A DNA stretch of 63,308 nucleotides, the filler included, from an uncultured bacterium (lineage in GTDB: Bacteria; Latescibacterota; UBA2968), in assembly GCA_964471275.1 (NCBI GenBank). It is 5 parts of 5 records of this genome, joined end to end, with 100 filler letters (N's around TTAATTAATTAA, not from the genome) between each part and the next. Parts side by side here need not be neighbours in the genome. Positions count along the whole stretch, not along the records: positions 50,935 to 63,308 come from CAYYGZ010000147.1; 4 more parts are not named here. One strand, 5' to 3'. Position numbers and translations under genes: made by a program. Every line of letters starts with the position of its first letter. Position 1 is the stretch's first letter. Below are positions 59,170-63,308 of this stretch, piece after piece. The notes under the pieces are model-generated. The model worked only from the letters and a program-made list of their open reading frames with translations, did not search any database and was not told the DNA's origin.

Positions 59170-60214
59170 ATGAAGACCGTTGCTATCACCGGAGTGGAAG
59201 AGTGCGCACTGATTGAAAAGCCTGTGCCGAAAGCGAAGGATGATTTTGTTGTTGTCAAGGTTATGTCGGCGCCTCTCTGCACCGAATACAGCGACTATGC
59301 CGATGGGTGTATGCGTGCTGAATTCAAACGCGGTGATGAGGATCCTGCCTGTCTGGGGCATGAAGCGGCAGGTGAGGTGGTGGAGGTCGCGAAGCCCGGG
59401 AAGGTCGAGGTTGGTGATCGTGTTGTAGTGATGCCTGGATTCTGGTGCGGCAAATGCCGGTACTGCCTGAATGGTGAATACATCCACTGTCAGGATCCCG
59501 TTGACCCGCACGCAGCCTGCGACGCCGAAGCAGGCGCGGCGGCCTACGCCGAGTATTGCCTGAAGCAGGATTGGCTGGTTTTGCCGATACCTGACGAAAT
59601 GTCTTTCGACCACGCCAGTATGGCCTGCTGTGGTCTGGGACCGGCATGGAATGCGATGCAGACGATGCAGGTGACCGGAACGGACACTGTCCTGGTCAGC
59701 GGTCTTGGACCGGTCGCTGGGAACGGTGATCAACGCCGTCTACCGCGGCGCACGAGTTATCTGCCTTGCTCGGAACAGCTATCGCAGCCAGCTCGCGCAG
59801 CAGCTCGGCGCCGAAACTGTGCTCAACCCGGAGCAGGATGATGTGGTGACCGCGATCCGGGACCTGACGGGAGGTCTGAGTGCATCGAAGTCGGTGGAGA
59901 CAAGCGGCCAGTCACATTACATGGACCTTCTGATGCAGGCCACGCGACGACAGGGGCACCTTGCCTTTGTGGGCGAATCCGGTGGCTACACGATTCAAAT
60001 CAGCGATGGTATGATTCGCAACGGCCTTCATCTGCACGGCATATGGCACTGGAACCTGGGCGACGCGCCCGACATGCTCAAGATGATATCCGAAGTAGGG
60101 GATTCGATAGACAAAGTGATCACGCATCACTTTCCCTTCTCACAGATTGAAGACGCCTGGAGACTCCAAATGACCGGTAATTGCGGAAAGGTAATGGTGC
60201 ATCCCCATGAGTGA
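59170..60214 (+). pseudogene. zinc-binding alcohol dehydrogenase paralog with a frameshift at ~59716
   Basis: GHE and CGKCRYC in ORF 59170-59841; continues in ORF 59705-60214; GLGPV-g-LGTV lacks 2 nt of the Gly codon. Confidence 0.85.
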
Positions 60215-61142
60215 TCAACAGTGGCTTGAATTCAAGGGAACCGAAGGGCCCGGCCAGGGCAAACGCATCGTACTCGTCGGCGGCGATGAAGAATACCGCT
60301 CGGAAGAAGCGCTTCCGATGTTGGCGAAGATCCTGTCGACACATCATGGCTTCGATTGCACCGTTCTGTTCGCCATCAATCCTGAGACCGGTGAAATCGA
60401 TCCTGAGCATCAGACCCATATCCCCGGCCTCGAGGCACTCGACGACGCCGATCTCATGCTCGTCTTCACCCGTTTCCGTGAACTGCCAGATGACCAGATG
60501 AAGCATATCGTCGACTACATCAATTCGGGCCGTCCGATCATGGGTCTTCGAACGGCAACTCACGCGTTCCAGTACACCCGGGACACCAGCAGTCCCTATG
60601 CGAAGTTCGACTGTACGAATGAGGATTTCGAGGGTGGTTTCGGCCGACAGGTGTTGGGTGAGACCTGGGTCGCACATCACGGCCATCACGGATTCGAGAG
60701 TACACGCGGTCTGATCAACGCATCATCCACGGGCCACCCGGTCATGCAGGGCGTCAGGGATGTATGGGGAACAACCGATGTTTATGCCGTCGGGGAATTG
60801 ACCGGAGATCCACAGATACTGCTGGATGGTCAGGTGCTTACGGGTATGGGGCACGATGACGACCCCAAACCCGACACGGTTACGATGCCGGTCGCGTGGA
60901 TCAAGGAGTATACCGGTGAGGCGGGTAAGGCGTCGCGCGTCTTCTGCACCACCATGGGCGCGGCCACGGACCTGCTGAGTGCCGATCTGCGGAGGCTGTT
61001 GGTCAACGCGGCTTACTGGGGAATGCAGATGGAAGCCAGTATCGATCCAGGCAGCAGTGTCGAGCCGTTGGGGCCGTACGACCCGACACCGTTTGGTTTC
61101 GGTACTCACATAAAGGGGAAGCGTGTGTCGGACTACGCCTAG
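60207..61142 (+). CDS. ThuA-like (class I glutamine amidotransferase-fold) protein
   Basis: GDEEYRSEEALP, GLEALDDADL, GLRTATHAF, GETWVAHHG, RVFCTTMG. Confidence 0.82.
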   Translation: MSDQQWLEFKGTEGPGQGKRIVLVGGDEEYRSEEALPMLAKILSTHHGFDCTVLFAINPETGEIDPEHQTHIPGLEALDDADLMLVFTRFRELPDDQMKHIVDYINSGRPIMGLRTATHAFQYTRDTSSPYAKFDCTNEDFEGGFGRQVLGETWVAHHGHHGFESTRGLINASSTGHPVMQGVRDVWGTTDVYAVGELTGDPQILLDGQVLTGMGHDDDPKPDTVTMPVAWIKEYTGEAGKASRVFCTTMGAATDLLSADLRRLLVNAAYWGMQMEASIDPGSSVEPLGPYDPTPFGFGTHIKGKRVSDYA

Positions 61143-61221
61143 CCTTCACCCGACCAGTCACAGATCACCGCGCCTACCGGCAATCTGGTTGGTGCGTGTG
61201 ATGGAAGTAAAATCATAGAAT

Positions 61222-61404
61222 CTATGACTGATAAGTTGACAGAATCCGCCAGTTCCCGTAGTGCTCGTACTCTGCGAGTTCCTGAAAGATACCGTGTGTT
61301 TCTTCGATCCGGTCAATTGACCAGTTCTCCACGACGGCACCCATTACCGAAGCAATTCGTGTCGCGGCCAGCGGTGCGTAAACTCTGCCTTCGAGTGTAG
61401 GCAT
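61222..61404 (-). CDS. small hypothetical protein or remnant (60 aa)
   Basis: ATG preceded by a strong RBS (AGGAGAGG); no recognisable motif. Confidence 0.3.
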   Translation of the reverse strand: MPTLEGRVYAPLAATRIASVMGAVVENWSIDRIEETHGIFQELAEYEHYGNWRILSTYQS

Positions 61405-61631
61405 ACCTCTCCTAAAGCCGTTGTGATTGCTCAACCAGGGTGATGTGGTCCTGCCATCGCCCTGGGCCAATTTTGACCTCATTCTGGAAGCGCTTGTAGC
61501 TTTTTGACGTGTTTAGGGAACTCGTCGTTGTCTCCGAATCTGGGGCCGAAAGACACAATTACGCTCTCTTTCAATCCGGGTTGAATGTGGGTGGCGTATG
61601 GATTGAATAATGCTGTTCCGGCCGGGCTTGA

Positions 61632-62642
61632 TCAGCGTCCAAAATCGAACGCCATCGTTCTCCGCGCCTCTGCGTAACCGGCGTTCCCACGGGGGCCGCT
61701 GCACACGCTCCACTCGCTGGATGTGGCCTCGCCGGTACCGTAACCGCAAACCCCAGTAGTGGAGGTCACTCTCGCATAGATCAGCTTGAGCAGTTCGCGA
61801 GCATTCAGGATGTCGCCTGGCATCATCCCGATCCTCTGGAACACGTCGAGGTCCTTCTTGTAGTCCCGAAGCAGACCGCCTGCGTGTACGCACCGGGTTG
61901 TCTCGGTGTCGAACCCATCGCAGCAGTGGCATGCTTCACAGTTCCCCTCGACGAGTCTGATCTCCACGTCGGGATCGTCGCTGATCCTGTGCCAGATCGC
62001 GTCGAGAGTATCGTTGCCGCGCTCTCCGTCGCCTCCCGTGCCACCCACCCAGCAGGACATACACATCAAGTGATGAGGTCTTACGTTGAGGACCCTGTCT
62101 TTCTGGATGCGCTCTATGCTCTGCGCGCGTGCCTCCGCCATGTTCCGCTCAGGACGGTGATGGACGATCTCCTTCCATCCCTTGTCTCGGACGTTCTCGT
62201 ACGTGCCGCTTCGGGCCAGGGGACAACCTTCCCAGCCCGGGGTGTCGTGGGCGCAGATACCCCAAGGCGATTCGACCTCCTTGAGCAACAGTTCGTACAG
62301 ATAGCGCGCCCTGCGCGTGTCGCCCGGCGAGAGCCCCAGGCGCTGCAGCACGTCGAGATCGCGTTTGCGGTTCAGCACGTCCTCCCGGTTCAGCTGCGCG
62401 TAGTCTTCTTCCTCCAGCATCGAGTAGTGAGGCACGCGGTCGGCGGCGGAGGCCAGGCGGATAGTGGCAGCAGGATTCCGCTTCACCTGCCGCAGGATCC
62501 CGAGGGCATCTTCCTGCTCCTTGAACAGGGGACACTCCGCACCACCGGCGATGCAGATGGTTCCGAGAAGCTGACGTGCCGGAATATCTACTACCGGTGG
62601 ATCACAGAGACTGCCGTCGATCATCCTCAAGCCATATGGCAT
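61632..62642 (-). CDS. Cys-rich protein with two DUF1284-like repeats
   Basis: VRPHHLMC, LVEGNCEACHCC; internal duplication KRDLDVLQRLGLSPGD / KKDLDVFQRIGMMPGD; RBS AGGAG. Confidence 0.75.
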   Translation of the reverse strand: MPYGLRMIDGSLCDPPVVDIPARQLLGTICIAGGAECPLFKEQEDALGILRQVKRNPAATIRLASAADRVPHYSMLEEEDYAQLNREDVLNRKRDLDVLQRLGLSPGDTRRARYLYELLLKEVESPWGICAHDTPGWEGCPLARSGTYENVRDKGWKEIVHHRPERNMAEARAQSIERIQKDRVLNVRPHHLMCMSCWVGGTGGDGERGNDTLDAIWHRISDDPDVEIRLVEGNCEACHCCDGFDTETTRCVHAGGLLRDYKKDLDVFQRIGMMPGDILNARELLKLIYARVTSTTGVCGYGTGEATSSEWSVCSGPRGNAGYAEARRTMAFDFGR

Positions 62643-63052
62643 TGGCTAGGCTCCTTTTGCTTCTATCTGTTCACCTAAGGCACAGGATCTGGAATTACAC
62701 CGATGTCGTAGAATACGTTGCTTCAGCTCAGCGTCTATGTAGGTGATCTGAGAGCCCCGGCGTGGCACTTACCGAATTGCCGTGGGCGAGATCGCGAAGC
62801 AGGCAAGGCCGAAGCCAATCAGGGCTGAGCCGCGCACGGTCCGGTTAGCGGAAGCAGTATGTGTAATTGTGTGCCAATGCCAAGTTTACATCGAGTGAAG
62901 GATCATCGTTCAGCGGCCACCAATATCTCTGAGCGGCCGACCCACGATGTAAAGGTAACCAAGGTCAATCGAATGGAGTTGCTGGATGTCTGCTACGCTC
63001 TGTTGGCGGAGTGCAGTTTGCGGCAATGTCTATCCGGGATCTCGCTAGGAAT

Positions 63053-63308
63053 TTACCGCCGCTCAGCTACCGCATAGCGTTCGGCCCCGTGCGCGGGATC
63101 AGTGTCGGCTTCGGAGATCATCGTCCAACCTGTTCCTTGTACGTACTCTGGCAGGTTTTCGCTTTGGACCGCAGACCGCCACGGTTCTGCGATCAGACGG
63201 GTGAGGATCGTGACCAGTCTGTTGTACCTCGGAATTGCGTGCGTGAAGATGAACCCCTGACCTGCCCCCATCTATGTGTCCACATCCAAAGTTAGGATGC
63301 GGTTGCTG
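63053..63308 (-). pseudogene. possible C-terminal fragment of a SAM-dependent methyltransferase-like gene
   Basis: FIFTHA..EPWRS..LPEY..GW..ERYAVAE protein-like segment at the window end, with an in-frame stop upstream. Confidence 0.25.

Noticed and set aside
59700..59730. Programmed ribosomal frameshift in the second ADH
   Set aside because: No slippery run or stimulatory structure; a simple 2-nt loss explains it
1..63308. CRISPR array, prophage, integron or defence island
   Set aside because: No regularly spaced direct repeats with spacers, and no cas, integrase, phage structural or recognisable defence genes seen

Overview
The window is not one locus. It is five unrelated ~12.4-12.7 kb scaffolds of a draft genome or MAG, sorted by length and joined by artificial 100-bp spacers (N44-TTAATTAATTAA-N44 at 12708-12807, 25479-25578, 38246-38345, 50835-50934). 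There are also four 10-N scaffold gaps, two with chimeric flanks. The DNA is bacterial and GC-rich. The short RpoD-type sigma factor and the expanded sulfatase, PhyH, enolase and Zn-ADH families would fit a marine FCB-group or Latescibacterota-like organism (inference only). Scaffold 1: rRNA-operon leader with tandem promoters, hemL, TrmH-family methylase, tRNA-Arg(UCG), uvrA, rfbBC, Ca/Na antiporter, MBL hydrolase, IS3 remnant. Scaffold 2: lysA and a catabolic cluster. Scaffold 3: orphan FlxA/YjfB-like genes behind a sigma-28-type promoter, ArsR, a CnbZ-like plus ferredoxin pair, a sigma factor, murD, a YprB-like nuclease, and a decayed plus an intact ABC binding protein. Scaffold 4: proS, infA paralog, fetAB, FG-GAP and PL2-like proteins, IS481 remnant. 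Scaffold 5: Mo-hydroxylase and amidohydrolase, naturally split FeoB, sulfatase, tandem Zn-ADHs, ThuA and a tandem DUF1284-like protein. Many gene remnants and REP-like palindromes fill the intergenic space. I found no CRISPR array, prophage or recognisable defence system. The best candidate for something undescribed is a putative sigma-28 (FliA) regulon of orphan low-complexity proteins. All family calls come from motif recognition by eye, with no database searches.
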